Source of the DNA: Jatrophihabitantaceae bacterium
Lineage (GTDB): Bacteria; Actinomycetota; Actinomycetes; Mycobacteriales; Jatrophihabitantaceae
Direction: 5' to 3'
DNA length: 21,878 nucleotides
Assembly: GCA_051984825.1 (NCBI GenBank)
Contig: JBPYES010000402.1
Location: 1 to 21,878, forward strand
Below, piece after piece: positions 9,003 to 16,475 of the stretch (the first letter of the stretch is position 1; the number at the start of each line of letters is the position of its first letter). Position numbers and translations under genes: made by a program. Under the pieces are notes generated by a model. It saw only the letters and a program-made list of their open reading frames with translations, did no database searches and was not told where the DNA came from.

Positions 9003-10450
9003 GGCAGGGCGTGCGCCTTTCGAAGGATAGAGATCGCCGCCGGCAGATCGTGCAGCGCGGCCTCGAGGTCGGACGGGTTGGCGATGCGCCACGCGTTGGC
9101 GTTGACATAGCAGCGGATCGCCGCGTCGAATTTCGCCGGCCCTGCCGCTGCTCGAGCAGCCTGCAACGCGGCAGATCCCTTGTTGTAGGTGACGGTGTAG
9201 TAGAGGTCTGCGTAGCTGCCGTAGGACGCCGTCGGCGCGTCGACGTTGCCGCGCATGTTCAGCGTCCCGGGAGGTGGCGGGTCATCGTCGACGAGTTGCT
9301 CGGCGTAGCTCGCGAACGCCTCGTCCAGCCAGGCGTGGGTGGCCTGCGAGTCGCCCACCATCGCGTAGAACCACTGGTGGGCCGTCTCGTGCACGGCGAC
9401 CAGCTGTGAGCTGTCGAGCATCAGGATCGAGCTCGGGTACTCGATGCCGCCGCCCGGCGCCGGCACCCTTGCCACCGACAGCGACGGGAACGGGAACCGT
9501 CCGAACCGCTTGGCATGCTCGGTCATCGCCAGCCGGAACAGCGGCACCAGCTGATCGCGTACGCCGGCGCTCGGGGCCCCAACTCGGAGTTTGACGCCGT
9601 TCACCGTGGAGTCGCTGACCACGAAGGGGCCGACGGCGACGCTTACATCCCGGGCAGCGGCGATCGTCGAATGCCAGGTGCGCGCGCTGCCACCGGCCGG
9701 CGGATCGGACGGATCGCCGGACATGATCACCGTGTCGGACGCCGGCGCCGTGACGGTGAGGTCGGTCTGCATCGCCTCGCTCGTCGCACTTTCGGCGGCG
9801 AACTGCAACATCGGCTCGGTGTGCCAGCCGTAGCCCCGTTCCCAGGCCAGCAGCGGCTGCGCCGAGGCGAACCACGCGAACCGTTGGGCGCCGCTGCCGA
9901 CCCGGCCGAAGCGGTCGAACGACTCGTTGCCAAGTGTCACCGTGAACGTGATGTCGGCCGTGACGGTGGTCCCGGCCGGGATCCGTGCGGCGAACGGAAT
10001 GCGCAGCAGTCCGCCCTGGGTGCCCGGCGCCGCGCCGTCGCCGTCGTAGTGCGGGGCGCCGCCGCCGAGATCAGCCGACGCCTTGTCGATCACGATCTTG
10101 TTCCCGGCCGCGACGGTCGGAGCAGTGTTGGCAGTGAGCCGAAAGACCAGTTCGGTGATCGGGAGGTCCGGGGTGAACTCGATGTGCTCGCTGCCCTGCA
10201 CCGTGCCGAGGTCGGCGCCGACCGTGAACCGCAGCGTCACCCTGGGCCGGTGCGGGTCCGGCGCTATGTAGCTTGCGGGGCAGCCGCCCGGCGCGGCGCT
10301 ACTCGGCGACGCGGTCGGCGTGGTCGGCACGCCCGAGGACGGCGCAGTTGGCCGAGAGGGCGAGGCTCCGAGCGATCCGCGGCCGCCGGTGGTGGTCGAG
10401 CAGGCGGCCAGCACGAGCGCGGCGCCGGCCACCGCCAGCCCGATCCTCAC
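8999..10450 (-). CDS. Secreted lipoprotein of the gluzincin zinc metallopeptidase type (M1-like)
   Basis: 483 aa. The N-terminus MRIGLAVAGAALVLAACSTT has a signal peptide and lipobox. A Pro/Ser/Thr-rich linker follows. The motif HETAHQWFYAMVGDSQATHAWLDEAF is an exact HExxH-x18-E zinc site. The start overlaps the hadB-like stop (ATGA) and the stop overlaps the GNAT start (ATGA). Confidence 0.8.
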   Translation of the reverse strand: MRIGLAVAGAALVLAACSTTTGGRGSLGASPSRPTAPSSGVPTTPTASPSSAAPGGCPASYIAPDPHRPRVTLRFTVGADLGTVQGSEHIEFTPDLPITELVFRLTANTAPTVAAGNKIVIDKASADLGGGAPHYDGDGAAPGTQGGLLRIPFAARIPAGTTVTADITFTVTLGNESFDRFGRVGSGAQRFAWFASAQPLLAWERGYGWHTEPMLQFAAESATSEAMQTDLTVTAPASDTVIMSGDPSDPPAGGSARTWHSTIAAARDVSVAVGPFVVSDSTVNGVKLRVGAPSAGVRDQLVPLFRLAMTEHAKRFGRFPFPSLSVARVPAPGGGIEYPSSILMLDSSQLVAVHETAHQWFYAMVGDSQATHAWLDEAFASYAEQLVDDDPPPPGTLNMRGNVDAPTASYGSYADLYYTVTYNKGSAALQAARAAAGPAKFDAAIRCYVNANAWRIANPSDLEAALHDLPAAISILRKAHALP

Positions 10451-10851
10451 GAGGGCGGACGCACGATCGCGCGCGCCTTCGCGAGCACGGTCTGGCCGTT
10501 CACGGTCGCGGTGAGGTCGACCACGACGAGCCCGTCGTCACGAACCGCCGACACTTCGCCCGCGACGTCGAGCACCGCGCCGTCGGGGTCCGGCACCACC
10601 ACAGGGCGGGTGAACCGCACTCCGTATTCGACCAGCGCGCCTGGGTCGCCGGCCCAGTCGGTGACGACCCGAGCCGCCAGGGCCATCGTGTACATGCCGT
10701 GCGCGATGACGTTGGGCAGGCCGACCGACGTTGCGAAACGCTCGTTCCAGTGAATCGGGTTGAAGTCGCCGGACGCGCCCGCGTACCGAACCAGATCGGC
10801 GCGCCCGATAGGGAAGGTCTGCGCCGGCAGGACCGTGCCGACCGTGGTCAT
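10447..10851 (-). CDS. MaoC-like (R)-specific hydratase/dehydratase, the HadB-like catalytic subunit
   Basis: 134 aa. The hydratase-2 motif GASGDFNPIHWNERFA is present (catalytic Asp/His), on a hot-dog fold. A 4-nt overlap links it to the upstream hadA-like gene. Confidence 0.85.
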   Translation of the reverse strand: MTTVGTVLPAQTFPIGRADLVRYAGASGDFNPIHWNERFATSVGLPNVIAHGMYTMALAARVVTDWAGDPGALVEYGVRFTRPVVVPDPDGAVLDVAGEVSAVRDDGLVVVDLTATVNGQTVLAKARAIVRPPS

Positions 10852-11297
10852 GAGCCCGCCCCGCGGACGACGAGTGTCGCGTGCGCCGTGAGTACTGGCT
10901 CACCGTCCACAGTGGACACCTCGCCCTTCGTCGTAACGATGTCGTTGCCGGCCGCGGAACGGACGCTCTCGACCGTGACGACGACGGACAGCGCGTCCCC
11001 GGCGCGGATCGGGCGCACGTAGCTGAAGCGTTGCTCGCCGTGGACCACGCGCGAGTAGTCGACGCCGAGTTCCGGATCCATGATCACCTGGTGGCCGGCG
11101 CGCGACGTCACGAGGATGCCGAACGTCGGCGGCGCGATCACGTCGGGGTGGCCGTGGTCCTTCGCGGCGGCAGGGTCGCGGTAGACGGGGTTGGCGTCGC
11201 CGATGGCATCGGCGAACTCGCGGATCTTCTCGCGCCCCACCTCGTACGGCGGCGTGGGCGGGTAGACCCGCCCGACAAAGGACTGGTCGAGCGGCAT
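10848..11297 (-). CDS. MaoC-like hot-dog protein, a HadA-like non-catalytic partner subunit
   Basis: 149 aa. The N-terminal half resembles HadA (...YEVGREKIREFADAIGDANPVYRD...) and lacks the D-x4-H catalytic motif. It lies immediately upstream of the hadB-like gene and overlaps it. Confidence 0.8.
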   Translation of the reverse strand: MPLDQSFVGRVYPPTPPYEVGREKIREFADAIGDANPVYRDPAAAKDHGHPDVIAPPTFGILVTSRAGHQVIMDPELGVDYSRVVHGEQRFSYVRPIRAGDALSVVVTVESVRSAAGNDIVTTKGEVSTVDGEPVLTAHATLVVRGAGS

Positions 11298-11350
11298 GGA
11301 CCGACTCTATCCGCCGGGCCGCGTCGCTCGGCGGGTCTGCAGGCGAACGC

Positions 11351-12013
11351 TTATCGGCTACCCGCCGGTGCGACGGGCAGCGGATCGTCCAGGCCCAGCG
11401 TGATGTTGGCCCGGCGCAGCTCGCCGTCGATGACGTCCCAGATCGCGTGCCGCAGGTGCTCGACGAGACCGTGCCGGCTGATCGTGCGCGACTTCATCCA
11501 CCAGGCGAGGGTGTGCTCGACCATTCCCACCAGCGACTGCGCCGTGGGCTCGGCCAGCCTGGTGGGCAGCCCGAACGCCGTGGTGACGCCGCGGAGCAGC
11601 TCGGCAAGCTGATCCGCGATGGTTGCCTCGACGTCACCGAGCGCCGCGCCGCGCCGGCGCAGGAACTCGTACTGTCGCGGATGCGCCTCGACCCAGTCGC
11701 TGAGCGCCTCCAACGTGCCGCCGATGATCTCGTTCGCCGTAGCGCCGGACCGCAGCGGCGCCTTGAGCTGGGCGATGACGATCTCCCCCATGCGCCGGCA
11801 GACGGCGCCGCACAGGTCCTCCTTGTCGCGGAAGTAGCGATACAGCACGGTGCGGCTGACCCGGGCCGTTGCGGCGATCTCCTCCGCACTGGAGTCGGCC
11901 CCGTAGCGATCGATGGCCGCCACGCCGGCATCGACGAGGACGGCACGGCGGCGGATCCGGTGCTCGTTCCACCGCTCCCGTCGCCCGTCCGCCGGACGTG
12001 CGGCCTCACTCAC
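11351..12013 (-). CDS. TetR-family transcriptional regulator
   Basis: 220 aa. The N-terminal HTH ...SAEEIAATARVSRTVLYRYFRDKEDL is TetR-like. It sits between rpmG and the hadAB-like operon on the same strand. Confidence 0.85.
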   Translation of the reverse strand: MSEAARPADGRRERWNEHRIRRRAVLVDAGVAAIDRYGADSSAEEIAATARVSRTVLYRYFRDKEDLCGAVCRRMGEIVIAQLKAPLRSGATANEIIGGTLEALSDWVEAHPRQYEFLRRRGAALGDVEATIADQLAELLRGVTTAFGLPTRLAEPTAQSLVGMVEHTLAWWMKSRTISRHGLVEHLRHAIWDVIDGELRRANITLGLDDPLPVAPAGSR

Positions 12014-12048
12014 GCCAGGAGCGCACTAGGTGTGACGCGATGTAATAC

Positions 12049-12213
12049 TTACCGCGTCTCGCGGTGTTCGGTGTGCTTGCCGCAGTTGGGGCAGAACTTC
12101 TTCAGCGTCATCCGGTCGGGATCGTTGCGCCGGTTCTTGCGAGTGATGTAGTTGCGGTGCTTACACTCCTGGCACGCCAAAGTGATCTTGGGCCGGATGT
12201 CGGTGGCTGCCAC
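12049..12213 (-). CDS. rpmG: 50S ribosomal protein L33
   Basis: 54 aa with a GTG start: [54 protein letters not shown]. It has the Cys4 zinc ribbon. It is absent from the ORF track because it is shorter than 60 aa. Confidence 0.9.
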   Translation of the reverse strand: MAATDIRPKITLACQECKHRNYITRKNRRNDPDRMTLKKFCPNCGKHTEHRETR

Positions 12214-12248
12214 GGGAAGTGCCTTTCGAAGAGATGGACGAACGTTCG

Positions 12249-12322
12249 TAGCGAGGGCCGGATTTGAACCGGCGACACAGCGATTATGAGCCGCTTGCTC
12301 TGCCAGACTGAGCTACCCCGCC
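12249..12322 (-). tRNA. tRNA-Met (anticodon CAT), of elongator type
   Basis: The minus-strand sequence GGCGGGGTAGCTCAGTCTGGCAGAGCAAGCGGCTCATAATCGCTGTGTCGCCGGTTCAAATCCGGCCCTCGCTA folds as a cloverleaf with anticodon loop CTCATAA. The acceptor stem has two G-U pairs, so the exact ends are uncertain by 1-2 nt. It lacks the initiator hallmarks (no 3 G-C pairs in the anticodon stem, no C1-A72). It could instead be a lysidine-modified tRNA-Ile. Confidence 0.75.
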
Positions 12323-12338
12323 GTTGGGTGTCAGTATG

Positions 12339-12411
12339 AGCCCCTTTACGGAATCGAACCGTAGACCTTCTCCTTACCATGGAGACGCTCTGCCGACTGA
12401 GCTAAAGGGGC
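12339..12411 (-). tRNA. tRNA-Thr (anticodon GGT)
   Basis: The minus-strand sequence GCCCCTTTAGCTCAGTCGGCAGAGCGTCTCCATGGTAAGGAGAAGGTCTACGGTTCGATTCCGTAAAGGGGCT has a perfect 7-bp acceptor stem and anticodon loop ATGGTAA. It sits upstream of tRNA-Met, matching the actinobacterial thrT-metT-rpmG order. Confidence 0.85.
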
Positions 12412-12576
12412 CGAGCCCGCATACCGCGCGCCGACGGACGAGCTTACACGACCAACTCGGCGCGTCGTGGGCGCCGACTGTGACCGGCGAGATGTTGGCA
12501 ATGACGCACTGTGGTACAAGACTGCGTGCACAGGCGCAGAAATGCGCTCACGATGATGTGACTGGGAGATACCAGC

Positions 12577-13395
12577 GTGACCACCGTGAGGACGCCGGAC
12601 ACCGGCATCCACGCCCCCGGCAGAGCAAGCATCGCCGCCCGTACGTTGCGCATCGATCGTTGGTGGGTCCAGCCGGTGCTCGTCGTCACTGGGCTCTCGA
12701 TATGGCTGATCTACGGCGTGGTGCGGATCACCAGCCAACGCGCGTACTTCGTCGAGCGCTACCACTACCTCTCACCGTTCTCGTCGCCGTGCGTCTCGGC
12801 GTCGTGCCCCAAAGAGGCCCGCGACTTCGGCACGTGGTTCGGCCACTTCCCGCCGTTCCTGCCGTTGGCGATCATCACGCTGACGTTCCTGCTCGGCTTC
12901 CGATTCACCTGCTACTACTACCGGCGCGCGTACTACCGCTCGTTCTGGTTCTCACCGCCGGCTTGCGCCGTCCCCGAGCCGCGTGCCCGCTACACCGGTG
13001 AGACACGCTTCCCGCTGATCATCCAGAACGCGCACCGCTACTTCTTCTATGTCGCGATCCTCATATCGCTCGTCAACACCTACGACGTGATCCGAGCCTT
13101 CCGCGGCGCCGACGGCGACCCCGGCGTCGGGCTGGGCACGCTGATCATGCTGACCAACGTGGTGCTGCTGTGGGGGTACACGGTGTCCTGCCACTCCTGC
13201 CGCCACATCGTGGGTGGACGGTTGCGCAGCTTCTCCCGTCATCCGCTGCGCTATAAAACCTGGACGTTCATCTCGAAGCTGAACGCCCGGCACATGCAGC
13301 TAGCCTGGATCACGCTCGGCACGTTGATGTTGACCGACGCGTACATCGCGCTGGTCGCCTCGGGGGCGTTCGGCGACCCGCGCATCATTAACTAG
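12577..13395 (+). CDS. Succinate dehydrogenase/fumarate reductase membrane anchor subunit, a single large polytopic cytochrome-b-type anchor
   Basis: 272 aa. It has a GTG start with a GGGAGA SD 7 nt upstream. Several hydrophobic helices are present (...WWVQPVLVVTGLSIWLIYGVV..., ...LPLAIITLTFLLGF..., ...YFFYVAILISLV..., ...LIMLTNVVLLWGY...). It directly precedes the flavoprotein and Fe-S subunits. Size and order match the Rv0249c-Rv0248c-Rv0247c-type enzyme. Confidence 0.75.
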   Translation: MTTVRTPDTGIHAPGRASIAARTLRIDRWWVQPVLVVTGLSIWLIYGVVRITSQRAYFVERYHYLSPFSSPCVSASCPKEARDFGTWFGHFPPFLPLAIITLTFLLGFRFTCYYYRRAYYRSFWFSPPACAVPEPRARYTGETRFPLIIQNAHRYFFYVAILISLVNTYDVIRAFRGADGDPGVGLGTLIMLTNVVLLWGYTVSCHSCRHIVGGRLRSFSRHPLRYKTWTFISKLNARHMQLAWITLGTLMLTDAYIALVASGAFGDPRIIN

Positions 13396-13405
13396 AGGCG
13401 ACCAC

Positions 13406-15283
13406 ATGACCGAGACCGAGAAGTACAACTACGACGTCGTCGTCATCGGCGCGGGCGGCGCCGGGTTGCGTGCTGCGATCGCCGCGCGCGAAGCCGGCAT
13501 GCGCACCGCGATCATCAGCAAGTCGCTGTTCGGCAAGGCGCACACTGTCATGGCCGAGGGCGGCATCGCGGCCAGCATGGGCAACGTCAACCCGAACGAC
13601 AACTGGCAGGTCCACTTCCGCGACACCATGCGCGGCGGCAAGTTCCTCAACAGCTGGCGGATGGCCGAGCTGCACGCCAAGGAGGCGCCGCAGCGCGTGT
13701 GGGAACTGGAGACCTACGGCGCGCTGTTCGACCGCACCAAGGAAGGCAAGATCAGCCAGCGCAACTTCGGCGGCCACGAATACCCCCGGCTGGCCCACGT
13801 CGGCGACCGCACCGGCTTGGAGCTCATCCGCACGCTGCAGCAGAAGATCGTTTCGCTCCAGCAGGACGACGGCGGCGACGGCAAGCTCATGGTGTTCGCC
13901 GAGTGCACGATCACCGAACTGCTGCGTGACTCGTCGGGGCGGATCAGCGGCGCCTTCGGCTACTACCGGGAGAACGGCAACTTCGTGCTGTTCCGGGCGC
14001 CGGCGATCATCCTGGCGACGGGCGGCATCGGCAAGTCGTTCAAGGTGACGTCCAACTCGTGGGAGTACACCGGCGACGGGCACGCGCTGGCGCTCCGCGC
14101 CGGCTCGACGCTGCTGAACATGGAGTTCGTGCAGTTCCACCCGACGGGCATGGTGTGGCCGCTCTCGGTGAAGGGCATCCTCGTGACCGAGTCGGTGCGT
14201 GGCGACGGCGGCGTGCTGCGCAACTCCGAGGGCAAGCGGTTCATGTTCGACTACGTCCCGGACGTGTTCCGCAAGAACTACGCCGAGACCGAGGCCGAGG
14301 CCGACCGTTGGTACACCGACCCCGACCACAACAAGCGGCCGCCGGAGCTCCTGCCACGCGACGAGGTGGCCCGCGCGATCAACTCGGAGATCAAGGCGGG
14401 ACGAGGCTCGCCGCACGGCGGCGTGTTCCTGGACGTGTCGACGCGTCTGCCCGCGGCCGAGATCATGCGCCGGCTGCCGTCCATGCACCACCAGTTCCTG
14501 GAGCTGGCCGACGTCGACATCACCAAGGAACCCATGGAGATCGGCCCGACCTGCCACTACGTGATGGGCGGGGTCGAGGTGGAGCCGGACACGGCGGCCG
14601 CCGCGCGCGTGCCGGGGCTGTTCGCCGCCGGCGAGGTCGCCGGCGGTATGCACGGCTCGAACCGCCTGGGCGGCAACTCGCTGTCGGACCTGCTCGTGTT
14701 CGGCTGTCGCGCCGGGCTCGGCGCCGCCGAGTACGTGCGGCAGTTCGGCGGCGTCTACCCCGCCGTTCGTCCTGACCAGGTCGAGGCGGCCACCGCGACC
14801 GCACTGGCACCGCTCAGCGTCAATGGCGGAGAGAACCCCTACGCGGTGCACCAGGAATTGCAGCAGCTGATGAACGATCTGGTGGGCCTCATCCGGACCG
14901 CGGACGAGATGAACCAGGCACTCAAGCGCCTGGACGAACTGAAGGTCCGTGCCGCCAAGGTGAGCGTCGAGGGCGATCGGCACTTCAACCCCGGCTGGCA
15001 TCTCGCGCTGGACCTGCGCAACATGCTCCTCGTCAGCGAATGTGTGGCGCGGGCGGCGCTGCTGCGCGAGGAGAGCCGCGGCGGGCATACTCGCGACGAC
15101 TTCCCGGCGATGCGTCCCGAGTGGCGCAAGAAGAACCTGGTGTGCTCGGTCACGAACGGCGCCGTCGACGTGGTCGAACAGCCGCTGCCGCCGATGCGTT
15201 CCGACCTGATGGCGTTGTTCGACCGGGACGAACTGGCCAAGTACCTGACCGAAGCGGAATTGCCAGTCGAGGAGCACGCATGA
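13406..15283 (+). CDS. sdhA: Succinate dehydrogenase/fumarate reductase flavoprotein subunit
   Basis: 625 aa. The start MTETEKYNYDVVVIGAGGAGLRAAIAA is a Rossmann FAD site. The FAD-attachment and catalytic regions are present (...HTVMAEGG..., ...HPTG...). The reported 629-aa reverse ORF on the opposite strand is its antisense shadow. Confidence 0.95.
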   Translation: MTETEKYNYDVVVIGAGGAGLRAAIAAREAGMRTAIISKSLFGKAHTVMAEGGIAASMGNVNPNDNWQVHFRDTMRGGKFLNSWRMAELHAKEAPQRVWELETYGALFDRTKEGKISQRNFGGHEYPRLAHVGDRTGLELIRTLQQKIVSLQQDDGGDGKLMVFAECTITELLRDSSGRISGAFGYYRENGNFVLFRAPAIILATGGIGKSFKVTSNSWEYTGDGHALALRAGSTLLNMEFVQFHPTGMVWPLSVKGILVTESVRGDGGVLRNSEGKRFMFDYVPDVFRKNYAETEAEADRWYTDPDHNKRPPELLPRDEVARAINSEIKAGRGSPHGGVFLDVSTRLPAAEIMRRLPSMHHQFLELADVDITKEPMEIGPTCHYVMGGVEVEPDTAAAARVPGLFAAGEVAGGMHGSNRLGGNSLSDLLVFGCRAGLGAAEYVRQFGGVYPAVRPDQVEAATATALAPLSVNGGENPYAVHQELQQLMNDLVGLIRTADEMNQALKRLDELKVRAAKVSVEGDRHFNPGWHLALDLRNMLLVSECVARAALLREESRGGHTRDDFPAMRPEWRKKNLVCSVTNGAVDVVEQPLPPMRSDLMALFDRDELAKYLTEAELPVEEHA

Positions 15284-16029
15284 GCTACGACGCGCACTTT
15301 CGGGTGTGGCGCGGCGACGCCGACAAGGGCGACCTGATCGACTTCACCGTCGAGGTCAATGACGGCGAGGTTGTCCTCGACGTGATCCATCGGCTCCAGG
15401 CCACCCAGGCCGGCGACCTCGCCGTGCGATGGAACTGCAAGGCCGGTAAGTGCGGCTCGTGCAGCGCTGAGATCAACGGCCGGCCGCGCCTGATGTGCAT
15501 GACGCGCATGTCGACGTTCACGCAGGACGAGACCGTTACCGTCACGCCGCTACGCAGCTTCCCGGTGATCAAGGACCTGGTCACCAATGTCTCGTTCAAC
15601 TACGTGAAGGCACGCGAGATCCCGGCGTTCGCCCCGCCGGCCGGCCTCGAGCCCGGCGAATACCGCATGGCACAGGTCGACGTCGAGCGCTCGCAAGAGT
15701 TCCGCAAGTGCATCGAATGCTTCCTGTGCCAGAACGTCTGCCACGTGGTCCGCGATCACGAGCAGAACAAGGAGGCATTCGCCGGGCCGCGCTTCCTGAT
15801 GCGGGTCGCCGAACTAGACATGCACCCGCTCGACGCCCTGGACCGGAAGAACCAAGCGCAGGACGAGTTCGGGCTGGGTTACTGCAACATCACCAAGTGC
15901 TGCACCGAGGTTTGCCCCGAGCACATCAAGATCACCGATAACGCGCTCATCCCGATGAAGGAACGCGTCGTCGACCGCAAGTACGACCCGCTGGTCTGGC
16001 TCGGCAACAAGATCACCCGCCGGAGTTAG
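15280..16029 (+). CDS. sdhB: Succinate dehydrogenase/fumarate reductase iron-sulfur subunit
   Basis: The start MSYDAHFRVW... overlaps the sdhA stop as ATGA. A 2Fe-2S cluster (CKAGKCGSCSAEINGRPRLMC) and two Cys-rich ferredoxin motifs (CIECFLCQNVC and CNITKCCTEVCP) are present. The track ORF begins 80 codons upstream, at 15040, inside sdhA; that part is junk. Confidence 0.9.
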   Translation: MSYDAHFRVWRGDADKGDLIDFTVEVNDGEVVLDVIHRLQATQAGDLAVRWNCKAGKCGSCSAEINGRPRLMCMTRMSTFTQDETVTVTPLRSFPVIKDLVTNVSFNYVKAREIPAFAPPAGLEPGEYRMAQVDVERSQEFRKCIECFLCQNVCHVVRDHEQNKEAFAGPRFLMRVAELDMHPLDALDRKNQAQDEFGLGYCNITKCCTEVCPEHIKITDNALIPMKERVVDRKYDPLVWLGNKITRRS

Positions 16030-16078
16030 GCCGGCGAGGAGCGCTCCCGCGGCCGCGCTGCGCCGGAAGCAGACATGC

Positions 16079-16114
16079 GCTCAGGTGGCCGCACGGGGGA
16101 ACGGCCACCTGAGC
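16079..16114 (+). terminator. Strong GC-rich hairpin 50 nt after the sdhB stop, a candidate factor-independent terminator without a U-tract
   Basis: GCTCAGGTGGCCG-cacgggggaa-CGGCCACCTGAGC forms a perfect 13-bp stem around a 10-nt loop. It is followed by TTGAGT, which is a poor T-tract, as is common in high-GC actinobacteria. Confidence 0.5.
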
Positions 16115-16475
16115 TTGAGTAGAGTATGGCCTCTGAGTAACCAACCCGCAACTGCCCGTGAGACTTCTTTGTCACATACTTGCCGGGCGCGGGTCGCTTG
16201 ACCGATTTCTGATATGTGCCGGATTGGGCACGGGTACCTGCCGTACCGGCAGCCGTGAGACGGGACATTCGGCCCTGTCCGCATGCTCGCCGAAAGCCGA
16301 CCATGGGAGTGGCTCGCGGGACGTGCGAGGGAGCCGGAGAGAGACATACTCGAGGCTGAGAGGCGTCGGGCGATTCCGACGCCACCTCCACGACCTGGCC
16401 TATGTGAGGCCGGGGAAATCGCCCCGCGAGCCGCCATGTTCGCGGACGAGCCAGCCGATACCTCGACCGCGGGGC

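Noticed and set aside
9515-11022. Plus-strand ORFs of 412 aa and 249 aa
   Set aside because: They are antisense to the peptidase and hadAB-like genes. They are Arg/Gly-rich with no motifs.
11298-11350. A 9-bp imperfect inverted repeat (CCGCCGGGC / GCTCGGCGG) between the TetR and hadA-like genes, considered as a TetR operator or terminator
   Set aside because: It is short and GC-only, and it carries a mismatch on the transcribed strand. It is not distinguishable from chance in 70% GC DNA. I retained it only as the place to test TetR binding.
12249-12322. The possibility that tRNA-Met is the initiator tRNA-fMet
   Set aside because: The anticodon stem lacks the three consecutive G-C pairs, and position 1-72 is not a C-A mismatch. 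An elongator tRNA-Met, or possibly tRNA-Ile2 with a CAU anticodon, is more likely.
13388-15277. A 629-aa minus-strand ORF
   Set aside because: It is the antisense shadow of the sdhA flavoprotein gene. This is a typical high-GC artefact with low-complexity R/A/G/H-rich composition.
15040-15279. An upstream extension of the sdhB ORF
   Set aside because: It lies inside sdhA in another frame. The conserved Fe-S subunit begins at MSYDAHF with ATGA coupling.
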